Counted from the stretch's first letter, positions 19,541 to 29,524 are shown. The stretch: 37,629 nucleotides of DNA from Thermoplasmata archaeon (GCA_039794005.1 JBAMMA010000012.1:61002-98630), one strand, 5' to 3'. Numbers and translations: made by a program. Notes: generated from the sequence alone by a model not told the origin.

Positions 19541-21555
19541 AGACGGTTTGTCCATACTGTGGTGTAGGCTGTAATATCTACGTTGAAACAAATTTTAAGG
19601 ATATTAAAAATGTAATACCTTCAAAAAGGGAAGATATCAATTATGGAACTTTATGCATAAAAGGCTGGAAAGGTTTAAGGTATGTCAAAAGTAATGAACG
19701 ATTGAAAAGACCACTGTTAAAGGATGAAAGAGGAAATTTTAAAGAAATAGATTGGGAAACTGCAATTAATTTAACCTCCTCGAGACTTTTGGAAATATCC
19801 GAAAAATATGGTCCAGATGCTCTAGCATTTCAAGCAAGTGCAAAATGTACAAATGAGGATAACTATTTAATGCAGAAGTTGGCAAGGCAAGTTTTTCATA
19901 CAAACAATGTAGATCATTGTGCCCGTTCCTGTCATGCATCTACGATAGAAGGTTTAGTAACAAGTTTTGGTTCAGGTGCAATGACAACTTCCATAAGAGA
20001 TATAGATAATGCTGAATTGTATTTTGTAATAGGTTCAAATACCACGGAGCAGCATCCAATAATAGGTTCTAGAATTATTAAAAATAAGTACAAAGGTAAA
20101 ATTTTGATAGTTGCAGATCCAAGAAAAATCAAACTTGCCGATATTGCCGATATTTATATGAGGCATTATCCCGGGACAGATCTTGCCCTTCTAAATTCAA
20201 TGGCCTATGTAATAATATCAAAAGATCTATATGATAAAGAATTTGTTGAAAAAAGAACTGAGAATTTCGAAGAATACAAGAAGGTCATTGAAAATTATGA
20301 CCCTGACATAGCATCAAGAATTACCGGTGTAGATCCCGAATATATCGAGAAAGCAGCCATTCTATATGCAACAAAAAGATCAATAATATTTTATGCTATG
20401 GGAATTACACAGCACGTGCAAGGTACGGAAAATGTTCAGGCGATTGCAAATCTCGCTCTTCTCACAGGAAACGTGGGAAAAAGAGGAACCGGTGTTGCAC
20501 CTCTTAGGGGGCATAACAATGTTCAGGGATCAAGTGACATGGGTGCTTTATGTGACTTTTTACCGGGATACAGGAGAGTTTACGATGATGAAGGCAGAAG
20601 GATATTTGAGGAAGCTTGGAACTGTAAATTGCCATCTAAACCAGGACTCTCTTTGACGGAGATGTTTGAATATGCCCTGGAAGGTAAGATCAAGGCAATG
20701 TACATAATGGGTGAAAATCCAGTATTATCGGAACCAGAAACTGATAAAATAATGGAAGCCCTGGAAAAACTTGAATTTCTAGTTGTTCAGGATATATTTA
20801 TGACCGAGACGGCTGAATTTGCAGATGTTGTTCTTCCATCTTACAGTTTTGCTGAAAAGACCGGAACATTTACGAATACTGAAAGAAGAATACAGCTCAT
20901 AAAACCTTTTTTAAATCCACCCGGTGAATCTAAAAGTGATTGGGAGATAATTCAAATGATAGCAAATGCGGCAGGTTATTCATGGAATTACCTCACCTCT
21001 GAAGATATAATGAATGAAATATCTAGGCTTGTACCACAATATTCATCAATAACATATAACTGTCTGGAAGAGACTGGAGGTTTGCAATGGCCAGTTAAAA
21101 ATTGTCAGGGAACAGAAATATTGCACACGGAAAAATTCACAAGAGGTCTCGGGAAATTTTTACCGTCAGAGTGGAAAAGGCCTTTAGAATTTTGGGATTC
21201 TCAATATCCATTCATACTAACAACAGGCAGAGTTTATTATCAATTTCACACGGGTGTGATGACAAGAAAAGTATATCTCCTTGAAAGAGAAGAACCAGAA
21301 CCTTATGTTGAAATCAATACAGATGATGCAAAAGTACTGGGTATCAAAAACAATGAAAAAATATTGGTGGAGACAAGGCATGGAAAACTGTGTGTAAAGG
21401 CAAGGGTAACAGAAAATGTTCCAAAAGGTATACTATTCATGCCATTCCATTATGTGGAAGCTCCAGCAAATGTTCTTACCAACTCTAACTTGGATCCAAA
21501 GGCTAGGATTCCAGAGCTGAAGGTTACTGGTGCGAGAGTGGGAAAATGTCAGTAG
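19528..21555 (+). CDS. fdhA: Formate dehydrogenase alpha subunit (Mo/W-bisPGD, Cys ligand), 675 aa from an ATC start
   Basis: In-frame extension upstream of the track ORF encodes TVCPYCGVGC...LCIKG (4Fe-4S); also SAKCTNED, DHCARSCH, LRGHNNVQG, EKTGTFTNTERR and LTTGR..QFH; no Tat signal. Confidence 0.9.
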   Translation: MTVVKTVCPYCGVGCNIYVETNFKDIKNVIPSKREDINYGTLCIKGWKGLRYVKSNERLKRPLLKDERGNFKEIDWETAINLTSSRLLEISEKYGPDALAFQASAKCTNEDNYLMQKLARQVFHTNNVDHCARSCHASTIEGLVTSFGSGAMTTSIRDIDNAELYFVIGSNTTEQHPIIGSRIIKNKYKGKILIVADPRKIKLADIADIYMRHYPGTDLALLNSMAYVIISKDLYDKEFVEKRTENFEEYKKVIENYDPDIASRITGVDPEYIEKAAILYATKRSIIFYAMGITQHVQGTENVQAIANLALLTGNVGKRGTGVAPLRGHNNVQGSSDMGALCDFLPGYRRVYDDEGRRIFEEAWNCKLPSKPGLSLTEMFEYALEGKIKAMYIMGENPVLSEPETDKIMEALEKLEFLVVQDIFMTETAEFADVVLPSYSFAEKTGTFTNTERRIQLIKPFLNPPGESKSDWEIIQMIANAAGYSWNYLTSEDIMNEISRLVPQYSSITYNCLEETGGLQWPVKNCQGTEILHTEKFTRGLGKFLPSEWKRPLEFWDSQYPFILTTGRVYYQFHTGVMTRKVYLLEREEPEPYVEINTDDAKVLGIKNNEKILVETRHGKLCVKARVTENVPKGILFMPFHYVEAPANVLTNSNLDPKARIPELKVTGARVGKCQ

Positions 21556-22472
21556 GAATCTACTTTATAAAAGATGAAGATTTCAAATATTATTTGAACA
21601 GTTTGATTAAAAAATATAGGGTATATGCTACAAAGAGGGTTGGAAATGATGTCGTTTTTGATTATATTGAGAGTGAACATGAATTTGTGGATGAAAGATC
21701 CATTTTATCCCCAAAAGATATAATCCTTCCAGCATGGAAAAATCTGAACGAAATTGAAGATGATAAAGAAATAATTGTATTTGGCATAAGATCCTGTGAC
21801 CTGTCCGGATTTAATATAATGGAGACCGTTCTAAAATTGGATATTGAATACAATAAGAGAAGAGAACATATTCACTTTGCAAATTTTATTTGTACGGAGC
21901 CGTGTAAATATGGATTCTGTACCACATTTGAGGGTGTAAGATTAAAGGAATTTGGTGCACAGTTTTTAAAATACAAAAATGGTTATATTGTTGAAATAAA
22001 AGACAATATTTTCATGAGCAACCTTTTTAAAGAAGTTTCTCAAGAGATGGTTGAATTTTTAAACAATTACAACGAATATTTTTCTAAATTGATGGTACCT
22101 CTGAACATTAAGGGAATTGAAAATAAAATAAAATGGGAAGATGAAATTTGGAATGAATTGGCAAAAAAATGTATTTCATGTGGAGCCTGTAACTATGCAT
22201 GTCCAACGTGTTTTTGTTTCGACATTAATGAAAATTCATATGAAAGGATAGAAGAATGGGATTCATGCATAATGGAAGGGTTTACCAGGATGGCTGGAAA
22301 CGTAAACCCAAGGCCATCATTATCCTCAAGGTTGAGGCAGAGGTTTATGCATAAACTATCATACCATTATTTGACATATGGTATACATCTCTGTTCCGGA
22401 TGCGGTCGATGCTTTGAAGTATGTCCCGTTTCAATAGATATAAGGGACATAATCGGGAGGTATAACAGATGA
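21546..22472 (+). CDS. 4Fe-4S dicluster protein of the sulfhydrogenase beta / AsrA / FlxB family
   Basis: FGIRSCDL, CTEPCKYGFC, CISCGACNYACPTCFCF, WDSC, RLRQRFMHK and CSGCGRCFEVCP. Confidence 0.88.
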   Translation: MSVGIYFIKDEDFKYYLNSLIKKYRVYATKRVGNDVVFDYIESEHEFVDERSILSPKDIILPAWKNLNEIEDDKEIIVFGIRSCDLSGFNIMETVLKLDIEYNKRREHIHFANFICTEPCKYGFCTTFEGVRLKEFGAQFLKYKNGYIVEIKDNIFMSNLFKEVSQEMVEFLNNYNEYFSKLMVPLNIKGIENKIKWEDEIWNELAKKCISCGACNYACPTCFCFDINENSYERIEEWDSCIMEGFTRMAGNVNPRPSLSSRLRQRFMHKLSYHYLTYGIHLCSGCGRCFEVCPVSIDIRDIIGRYNR

Positions 22473-23248
22473 ATTCATTGAAATCCTTTGAAACTTTGAT
22501 ATTGGATGTTTGGGATGAAACCCCCGACATCAAGTCCTTTTTAGTGAACGATGTGATAGGAATAGTTCCAAGTCCGGGACAATTTTATGAGCTCAGAATA
22601 TATGGAAAGGGAGAAATTCCCATCTCATACGGAAGTTATGTGGATGGAAAGTTGCTTTTTAGCATAAAGAATGTCGGATATGTAACATCCCATGTTCATA
22701 AATTAAAAAGGGGAGATAAAATCGGTATTAGGGGCCCTTACGGAAATGGATGGCAAATTGATGAAAGAAAAACAGTTTTAATAGGCGGGGGTATCGGATT
22801 ACCTCCCCTTTCCTCATATATTGAAAGAATGTTAAGGATCAACAGAAATGATATGCATTTATTGTACGGTGCAAGATCCCCGAAGGATTTGGTATACAAA
22901 GAAAAATTGAGAGAATGGTCTAAACTTTTTAGGGTGGATATTACCGTTGATAATCCGGATGAAACATGGACGGGTAATGTCGGTGTGGTTACAAAGTTGT
23001 TTAATAGAATTGAATGGAAGGATGCAAAATTTTTCATCATAGGTCCGGAAATTATGATGAAATATGCGGTAAAGGAATTATTATCCATGAACATCGATCC
23101 GGAAAATATTTATCTTTCAATGGAGAGAAAGATGAAATGCGGTTACGGCATATGTGGCCATTGTAATATAGGAAGATTCTATGTATGTAAGGATGGCCCT
23201 GTTTTCAGGTACGATAAAATAGAGAATATCCGGGAATTATTCCATTGA
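22469..23248 (+). CDS. FAD/NAD(P)-binding 2Fe-2S protein of the sulfhydrogenase gamma / AsrB / FlxA family
   Basis: PGQF, GEIPIS, GIRGPYGNGW, GGGIGLPPL, LYGARSP and ERKMKCGYGICGHC...VCKDGPVF. Confidence 0.88.
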   Translation: MNSLKSFETLILDVWDETPDIKSFLVNDVIGIVPSPGQFYELRIYGKGEIPISYGSYVDGKLLFSIKNVGYVTSHVHKLKRGDKIGIRGPYGNGWQIDERKTVLIGGGIGLPPLSSYIERMLRINRNDMHLLYGARSPKDLVYKEKLREWSKLFRVDITVDNPDETWTGNVGVVTKLFNRIEWKDAKFFIIGPEIMMKYAVKELLSMNIDPENIYLSMERKMKCGYGICGHCNIGRFYVCKDGPVFRYDKIENIRELFH

Positions 23249-23278
23249 ATTTTTATCTGTGATTTCAATTCTGTAATT

Positions 23279-24670
23279 ATGGATATTGTTGAGAAATTAA
23301 AAGAAATCGTTGGATCAAAATATGTACTTTACAGATATGAGGAATTATTGCCATATTCAAAAGATGCATCAATATTTGAAGGTAAAATTCCATTGGCCGT
23401 GGTATTGCCGAGAACTCCGGAAGAAATATCAAAAATATTGTTGCTGGCAACAGAAAATAATATTCCGGTGGCCGTGAGGGGAGGAGGATCATCATTGGTA
23501 GGAGGTCCAATATTGTTAGAAGATGGAATAGTAGTGAGCATGGCCAGGTTTGACAGCATTTTAGATATAAGTATAGAGAATAGGTATGTCATTTCAGAGG
23601 CTGGAGTTAAACTGGACTATTTAAATGAACAGCTAAAAAAATACAACCATTTTTATCCTCCAGACCCTGCAAGTTCAATCACAGCAACAGTAGGAGGATC
23701 AATAAATACAAACGCCGGGGGATTAAGAACAGTAATGTACGGTGCAACAAAAGAATGGGTTTTGGGCATGGAGGTTGTATTACCCACAGGAGAAATAGTT
23801 CAATTCGGTGGAAAAACATTGAAAAGATCCATAGGGTATGATCTTAATTCTTTAATTATAGGGAGTGAAGGTACCTTAGGTATAATTACAAAGGCCATAC
23901 TAAAGATCGCTCCTTTACCAGAGGCCATTGGAAGAATATTGGCATATTATGAGGATATAGAGAGTGCAGGTACGGCCATTTCATTATTAAAGAAGAATGG
24001 ATACACACCATACATAGCAGAATTCATGGATAGGATTGCAATGGATTCAATAACGAAGGTAAAAGGTATAAAGTTTCCTGAGAATGCAAAATATATGATT
24101 TTGATTGATGTTTCTTCGACAAGGGAATCGTTAGATAGGATGATGGATGAATTTGAAAATGTAATTAAAAGGACAAATCCCATATTAACCAAAAAAACCA
24201 AAGATCCTCAGGAGATGGAACAGATGTATCAGGCAAGAAAAGGTCTGTATTCATCCCAGCTTCTGGAAAGGACAAGTCCTGATGAATATATTATTATTGG
24301 CGATATTATTGTTCCGGCATCTGAATTGCCGAAGGCCCTCAGGGAGATCAATGATAAAATAATTGAATCTGGATTCAGAGCCACGTTATTTGGACATATT
24401 GGAGATGGTAATATCCATGCCAACATATTCGTAAATCCAAAGGATAAAAGGATGATGGAAGGAGTATTCAATCTTCTCAATAAACTGGGAGAGATTGCTT
24501 TAAAACATGGCGGATCCGTATCTTCAGAACACGGAATTGGAATAGAAAAGAAAGAATTACTCCTGTTGGAGATGAAATATAAAAATTCGCCTAAAAATAT
24601 TGAAATAATGAAAGAAATAAAGAAAATAATAGATCCTAAAAATATAATGAACAGGGGAAAACTGATATGA
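23279..24670 (+). CDS. glcD: FAD-linked oxidoreductase, GlcD / D-lactate dehydrogenase family
   Basis: RGGGSSLVGG, YPPDPAS, TNAGG, GSEGTLGII, GHIGDGNIH and SEHGIG. Confidence 0.85.
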   Translation: MDIVEKLKEIVGSKYVLYRYEELLPYSKDASIFEGKIPLAVVLPRTPEEISKILLLATENNIPVAVRGGGSSLVGGPILLEDGIVVSMARFDSILDISIENRYVISEAGVKLDYLNEQLKKYNHFYPPDPASSITATVGGSINTNAGGLRTVMYGATKEWVLGMEVVLPTGEIVQFGGKTLKRSIGYDLNSLIIGSEGTLGIITKAILKIAPLPEAIGRILAYYEDIESAGTAISLLKKNGYTPYIAEFMDRIAMDSITKVKGIKFPENAKYMILIDVSSTRESLDRMMDEFENVIKRTNPILTKKTKDPQEMEQMYQARKGLYSSQLLERTSPDEYIIIGDIIVPASELPKALREINDKIIESGFRATLFGHIGDGNIHANIFVNPKDKRMMEGVFNLLNKLGEIALKHGGSVSSEHGIGIEKKELLLLEMKYKNSPKNIEIMKEIKKIIDPKNIMNRGKLI

Positions 24671-25854
24671 GATTAAAAATAGATTTAAAGGATTACACTG
24701 GTAAATGCATAAACTGTTCCTTCTGCGAAGCTGTCTGCCCAACATACCAGGCCTTTGATTACATATCTTCATACGGTGCAAGGGGAAGGATATTCTTAGC
24801 CAGGGAAATTGTAAATAAAAAGATCGGGATTCAGAATATAAGGGATTTTTATTATTCATGTTTAAATTGCAATGTATGTGAATCTGTATGTCCAGCAGGT
24901 ATAAGTGCAGGAAAGGCAAGTTTAATGGTTAAAAATATTATGAAAAATGAAGGCATAAAAGATTATATTGTGGACGCCCTGGTGAAAAATATATTAAAGG
25001 AAAAGTCACCTACAGGCAAGATGGTTGGACCATCCTGGTACGATATTTCAATGAAAAATAATTCCCCCATATTATTTTATACAGGTGGTATGTATTACCT
25101 AATGGCCCAGGCAAAGATTTTATCAGATTTGATTAAAAAAAATAAAATGAAAGATCTCGCTGAAAAGATCCTGGAAAAAAATGAAAACATAATAAAACTC
25201 TTCTCGAATTTCGAGGATAAAAAAATGAAGATGAAAATGGATTCAATTATCCTTAAGATATATAATATCATAAAGACGGAGTACAAAGATGTTAGCTATT
25301 TAGGATATCTTGAACCATATTCTGGAGCATTACTTTATGAATTTGGATATCACGAAGAATTGATTGAATATGGGAAATATCTCAGGGATTTCTTTAATTC
25401 ATTAAATGTCAGAAATATCATCGTTTCAGATCCGCATACATATGAGGTTCTTAAAATCGTTTATCCCGAGATTGTTGATAATTTTAATTTTGAAATCGAA
25501 TACTATCTGGATATAATAAGATTAAAAATCAAAAAAACCAACAAAAGTTATGCCTATCATGAACCGTGCCATTTTACAGCCCATTTAAAGGTTGATACGC
25601 CATTAAATATTCTAAATAGTATTGGAGAAGTAAAATTGCCCGTCAGGAACGGGAAGAATACATACTGTTGCGGTGGTCCCATAGAAATGCTATTTCCGTC
25701 AAATTCAGATTATATTTCCTCCAATAGATATAATCAGTTGAAGGAACTCAATGCCGATGAAATAGTAACAGCATGTCCAGTATGTTATGCGAATTTAGGA
25801 AAACATGGAGATATAAAGGATATTTCCGAAATTCTGTACGATTTATATTTTTGA
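24667..25854 (+). CDS. GlcF-like Fe-S / CCG-domain subunit
   Basis: CINCSFCEAVCPTY, RGR, CLNCNVCESVCP, YHEPCH, CCGG and TACPVC; first CCG domain degenerate (EPYSG, SDPH). Confidence 0.82.
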   Translation: MRLKIDLKDYTGKCINCSFCEAVCPTYQAFDYISSYGARGRIFLAREIVNKKIGIQNIRDFYYSCLNCNVCESVCPAGISAGKASLMVKNIMKNEGIKDYIVDALVKNILKEKSPTGKMVGPSWYDISMKNNSPILFYTGGMYYLMAQAKILSDLIKKNKMKDLAEKILEKNENIIKLFSNFEDKKMKMKMDSIILKIYNIIKTEYKDVSYLGYLEPYSGALLYEFGYHEELIEYGKYLRDFFNSLNVRNIIVSDPHTYEVLKIVYPEIVDNFNFEIEYYLDIIRLKIKKTNKSYAYHEPCHFTAHLKVDTPLNILNSIGEVKLPVRNGKNTYCCGGPIEMLFPSNSDYISSNRYNQLKELNADEIVTACPVCYANLGKHGDIKDISEILYDLYF

Positions 25855-25883
25855 AATATTGAAATATACAAAAATTATAATTT

Positions 25884-26702
25884 TTATTCGTTAAATCCAT
25901 ATTTTGAAATTATCATTATCAATGCAAATACGACGAGATCAAAAATAAAAAGATATAACAAATAGTTAATAATTGTATTATTTATCGTTATTCCTGAAAT
26001 TAGTTCATACCTCATTGTATTTGCAGACCATGATATCGGATTATATGATGATAAATTTTTAAGCCAATCTGGCATCATTTCAGCTGGAAACATTGCTGTG
26101 GATGTAAACATAAGTGGTAAATTTAACAGATTAACTATTGCCATTAAAGTTTCAATGGTTTTAATCCTCACCGTTAATAGTGAAAATAGGCCTGAAAAAC
26201 CAAAGGAAAGCATTATTAAAGTAACATATAGTATGATGATATTTATGAAGGAAAAGTTAGATGAAACATATAGTCCTCCCGGTACAATAACTGCAATTAT
26301 CAATAATATTGTTGATTGAAAGGTCCCCTTAACCGTTGCCGAAAAAACCTTAGAAAATATTATAGCATCCCTCGGAATAGGTGAAGACAGAAGCCTTGTT
26401 AGATAGCCAAACCTTCTGTCCCATATCAGTGATACGCCACTGAACATGGCGGTAAACAATGCCATTATCGCCAACATACCGGGTGTTAAAAAGGATATGT
26501 AATTTTTTGCTCCCATGAAATATGTATCCATAATGTAATTTTTCATGGATGGAAAATTTGACGGTACGAGATTGGTAATGTTGAATGCACTTCCAAAGAG
26601 AAATATCCAAAATAGTGGTTGAATTATTGTTATTATCATCTGCATGGGATTTCTTATCCATTTTTTTAATTCTCTGAATGTCAGGGAAAGCCTTGGGTCC
26701 AT
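25884..26702 (-). CDS. ABC-2 type transporter permease
   Basis: QPLFWIFLFG, FLTPG, WDRRFGYL..LLSSP, P..MP.WL and NPISW; about six TM helices. Confidence 0.9.
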   Translation of the reverse strand: MDPRLSLTFRELKKWIRNPMQMIITIIQPLFWIFLFGSAFNITNLVPSNFPSMKNYIMDTYFMGAKNYISFLTPGMLAIMALFTAMFSGVSLIWDRRFGYLTRLLSSPIPRDAIIFSKVFSATVKGTFQSTILLIIAVIVPGGLYVSSNFSFINIIILYVTLIMLSFGFSGLFSLLTVRIKTIETLMAIVNLLNLPLMFTSTAMFPAEMMPDWLKNLSSYNPISWSANTMRYELISGITINNTIINYLLYLFIFDLVVFALIMIISKYGFNE

Positions 26703-27682
26703 TATCTAGCCCTCCTTATGGATCTCATTGTTCTTAATATGTCTTCCTCGCTTTCTCCCTCTCTCATTTCTCTACCGGTGTATTTCAGAAATACAGAATT
26801 AAGACTTGGTTTTTCAATATGTATTCTCCTGATGTTTATGTTTTTATCATTCAATATTTTCATTATGGGCAGAATATTCTTCTCAGAATCCTTTATTTTA
26901 ATCAAAATTTTATTTTTCATTATTTCCGGTGAAAATTCTTCAAGCAATTTAATTGCATCATTAACATTATCAATTTCCAGTTCAACCATATCGAATTCCA
27001 CGGAAGATTTCAATTCATCGGGAGATCCTTCAACCACGATTTTTCCATGGTCTATTATACCTATTCTATCACATAGTTTTTCTGCCTCTTCAAGATAATG
27101 TGTTGTAAGAAATATCGTCTTTTCATATTCTTTTCTCAATATTTCTATGTATTCCCACATCCTCGTCCTCGTCTGTACATCCAAACCCAGCGTTGGTTCG
27201 TCCAGGAAAAGTATGTCTGGATCGTGAATAAGGCCTACTATCAAGTCCAGCCTTTTCCTCATACCACCGGAATATGTTGAAACCATTCTATTTGCTGCCT
27301 CTTTAAGATCAACCAGTTCTAGCAATTCCATGGCCTTTTTCCTGGCCTCCTCCTTTTTTATATTATAAAAACTTGCCTGCAGAACTAGATTTTCAAGGCC
27401 AGTTAAATCATCATCCACCGTTAAATCCTGTGGAACCAAACCAATTATCTTCCTCACCTTTTCCTGTTCCTTAATTATGTGATATCCTGAAACGTAAACT
27501 GTTCCGGATGTGGGTTTAATTATAGTTGTTAATATTTTTATCGTGGTGGTTTTTCCTGCACCATTCGGCCCTAGAAATCCATAAATTTCACCTTTTTTTA
27601 TTTTTAAATCAATTCCTCTAAGGGCCTCGATATTATTTTGATATACCTTTCTTAAATTTTCAACATCTATTATATAATTCAT
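26702..27682 (-). CDS. ABC transporter ATP-binding protein (DrrA-like)
   Basis: GPNGAGKTT, YSGGMRKRL, LFLDEPTLGLD and TTHY; start moved to ATG 27682. Confidence 0.92.
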   Translation of the reverse strand: MNYIIDVENLRKVYQNNIEALRGIDLKIKKGEIYGFLGPNGAGKTTTIKILTTIIKPTSGTVYVSGYHIIKEQEKVRKIIGLVPQDLTVDDDLTGLENLVLQASFYNIKKEEARKKAMELLELVDLKEAANRMVSTYSGGMRKRLDLIVGLIHDPDILFLDEPTLGLDVQTRTRMWEYIEILRKEYEKTIFLTTHYLEEAEKLCDRIGIIDHGKIVVEGSPDELKSSVEFDMVELEIDNVNDAIKLLEEFSPEIMKNKILIKIKDSEKNILPIMKILNDKNINIRRIHIEKPSLNSVFLKYTGREMREGESEEDILRTMRSIRRAR

Positions 27683-27847
27683 AAATGACTTATGTATATA
27701 TAATAGATATATGAAATTTTTCAAAAAGAATTATTGATAATAAATGTCATAAAATAATTTTATATATAAATTTAAATTTCAATATTGAATATATTATTTT
27801 ATAAAACGACAAAAAATTTAAATTTTCATAAATTTAATTATCATCAT

Positions 27848-29113
27848 ATGAATGTAGAAAGAATAAGAGAGGATTTCCCGATATTTAAAAGATTAATAAA
27901 TGGAAGGAGGATCGTTTATTTAGATAATACGGCCACCACTCAAAAGCCATATGATGTTATAAACAGCATAAAGGAGTATTATGAAAATTACAATGCAAAT
28001 GTTCACAGGAGCATTTATTCATTAGGTGAGAATTCCACAGAGCTGTATGAGAATTCAAGGAAAAATGTTGCAAAATTCATAAATGCAGATGAGAATGAAA
28101 TAATATTTACAAGGAATACGACTGAAGGGTTGAATTTACTATCATTTTCATTATTTTTCTCTTTTTTGAAAAGGGGCGACAAGATTTTGATATCCATGAT
28201 GGAACATCATTCAAATATTTTGCCCTGGTTAAGGTTAAAAAGATTTGGAATAGATATCGAATTTATCAATATCACAAGGGATGGGTATTTGGATATTGAA
28301 GATTTTAAAAATAAATTTGACAAAAATACAAAAGTTGTATCCCTAACTCACATATCGAATGTTTTAGGTACCATTAATAATGTAAAAGAAATGTCGAAGA
28401 TGGTACATGAAAATGAATCTATTTTTATCGTAGATGGAGCTCAATCCGTTCCTCATATTAGGGTAGATGTTAAAGACATCGACTGTGACTTCCTTGTTTT
28501 TTCAGGTCATAAAATGCTCGGTCCGATGGGTATTGGTGTTTTATATGGAAAATATGAAATTTTGGATAAAATGGAGCCGTTTCTGGTCGGTGGAGAAATG
28601 ATAAAGGAAGTTCATCTAAATAAAGTAATTTATGAAGATCCCCCATTGAAGTTTGAGGCGGGGACTCCAAACGTTGAAGGTGCCTATGGTCTTTCTGCAG
28701 CAATAGATTATATTAGAAAAATTGGAATAGAAAACATAAGGGATCATGAAAAATCGTTAACAAAATATGCAATGGATAGACTTAGTGAATTCGAGGACAT
28801 TGAAATCTATGGTCCAAGGGAAGTAGAAAATAAAGGAGGTGTAATATCATTCAATTTTAAAAATTTTAATAATATAATACAAAAAGAATTGATAAAAAAT
28901 TATATTATAATTCATCCCCATGATGTCGCTTCAATACTGGATACAGAAAATATCATGGTAAGATCTGGCCATCATTGTGCAGAGCCATTGATGGATTTTT
29001 ATAATATTCCCGCAACATCAAGAGCCAGTTTTTATATTTACAATGATAGGGATGATGTAGACTCATTGATAGAAGGTATTGAAAAGGTTAAAAGGGTGAT
29101 GAAAGTTGGATGA
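27848..29113 (+). CDS. sufS: Group II cysteine desulfurase SufS
   Basis: IREDFP, YLDNTATTQKP, EHHSN, DGAQ, FSGHK, FEAGTPN and RSGHHCA; start at ATG 27848. Confidence 0.92.
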   Translation: MNVERIREDFPIFKRLINGRRIVYLDNTATTQKPYDVINSIKEYYENYNANVHRSIYSLGENSTELYENSRKNVAKFINADENEIIFTRNTTEGLNLLSFSLFFSFLKRGDKILISMMEHHSNILPWLRLKRFGIDIEFINITRDGYLDIEDFKNKFDKNTKVVSLTHISNVLGTINNVKEMSKMVHENESIFIVDGAQSVPHIRVDVKDIDCDFLVFSGHKMLGPMGIGVLYGKYEILDKMEPFLVGGEMIKEVHLNKVIYEDPPLKFEAGTPNVEGAYGLSAAIDYIRKIGIENIRDHEKSLTKYAMDRLSEFEDIEIYGPREVENKGGVISFNFKNFNNIIQKELIKNYIIIHPHDVASILDTENIMVRSGHHCAEPLMDFYNIPATSRASFYIYNDRDDVDSLIEGIEKVKRVMKVG

Positions 29114-29477
29114 ATTTATATTGGATTATATAATTTCAGTATATAGAAATCCAAAGAATTTTGGAAGATTGGAAGATTCATATTCTATGGAGGAGAGCAA
29201 TCCCTTCTGTGGAGATAAAATAAAATTGTTCGTTAAGTTAAATAATAATATAATTAAGGAGATAAAATTTACTGGAGAAGGCTGTACAATTTCTATATTC
29301 TCAGCTGAAATTCTTTCAGAAAATTTTGTAAATAAAAACATTGAGGATATCATGAAAATGAGCGAGGAAGAATATCTAAAATTGATACCAATATCATTAA
29401 CCCCAACAAGGCAAAAATGTGCATTATTATCATTTAGAATTTTGAAAAATATTATAAAAGATATTAATCAAAAATAA
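29106..29477 (+). CDS. Fe-S scaffold / sulfur-transfer protein of the SufU/IscU family
   Basis: NPKNFG, NPFCGD, GEGCTIS and RQKCA; TTG start overlapping the sufS stop. Confidence 0.88.
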   Translation: MDEFILDYIISVYRNPKNFGRLEDSYSMEESNPFCGDKIKLFVKLNNNIIKEIKFTGEGCTISIFSAEILSENFVNKNIEDIMKMSEEEYLKLIPISLTPTRQKCALLSFRILKNIIKDINQK

Positions 29478-29524
29478 AAATAATTAAATAGTTTAATTTG
29501 TAATATATATAATGGGTGATATCG

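Noticed and set aside
27683-27847. Upstream TTG starts given by the track for the ABC ATPase and sufS
   Set aside because: The extensions run through AT-rich divergent promoter DNA; family similarity begins at ATG 27682 and ATG 27848.
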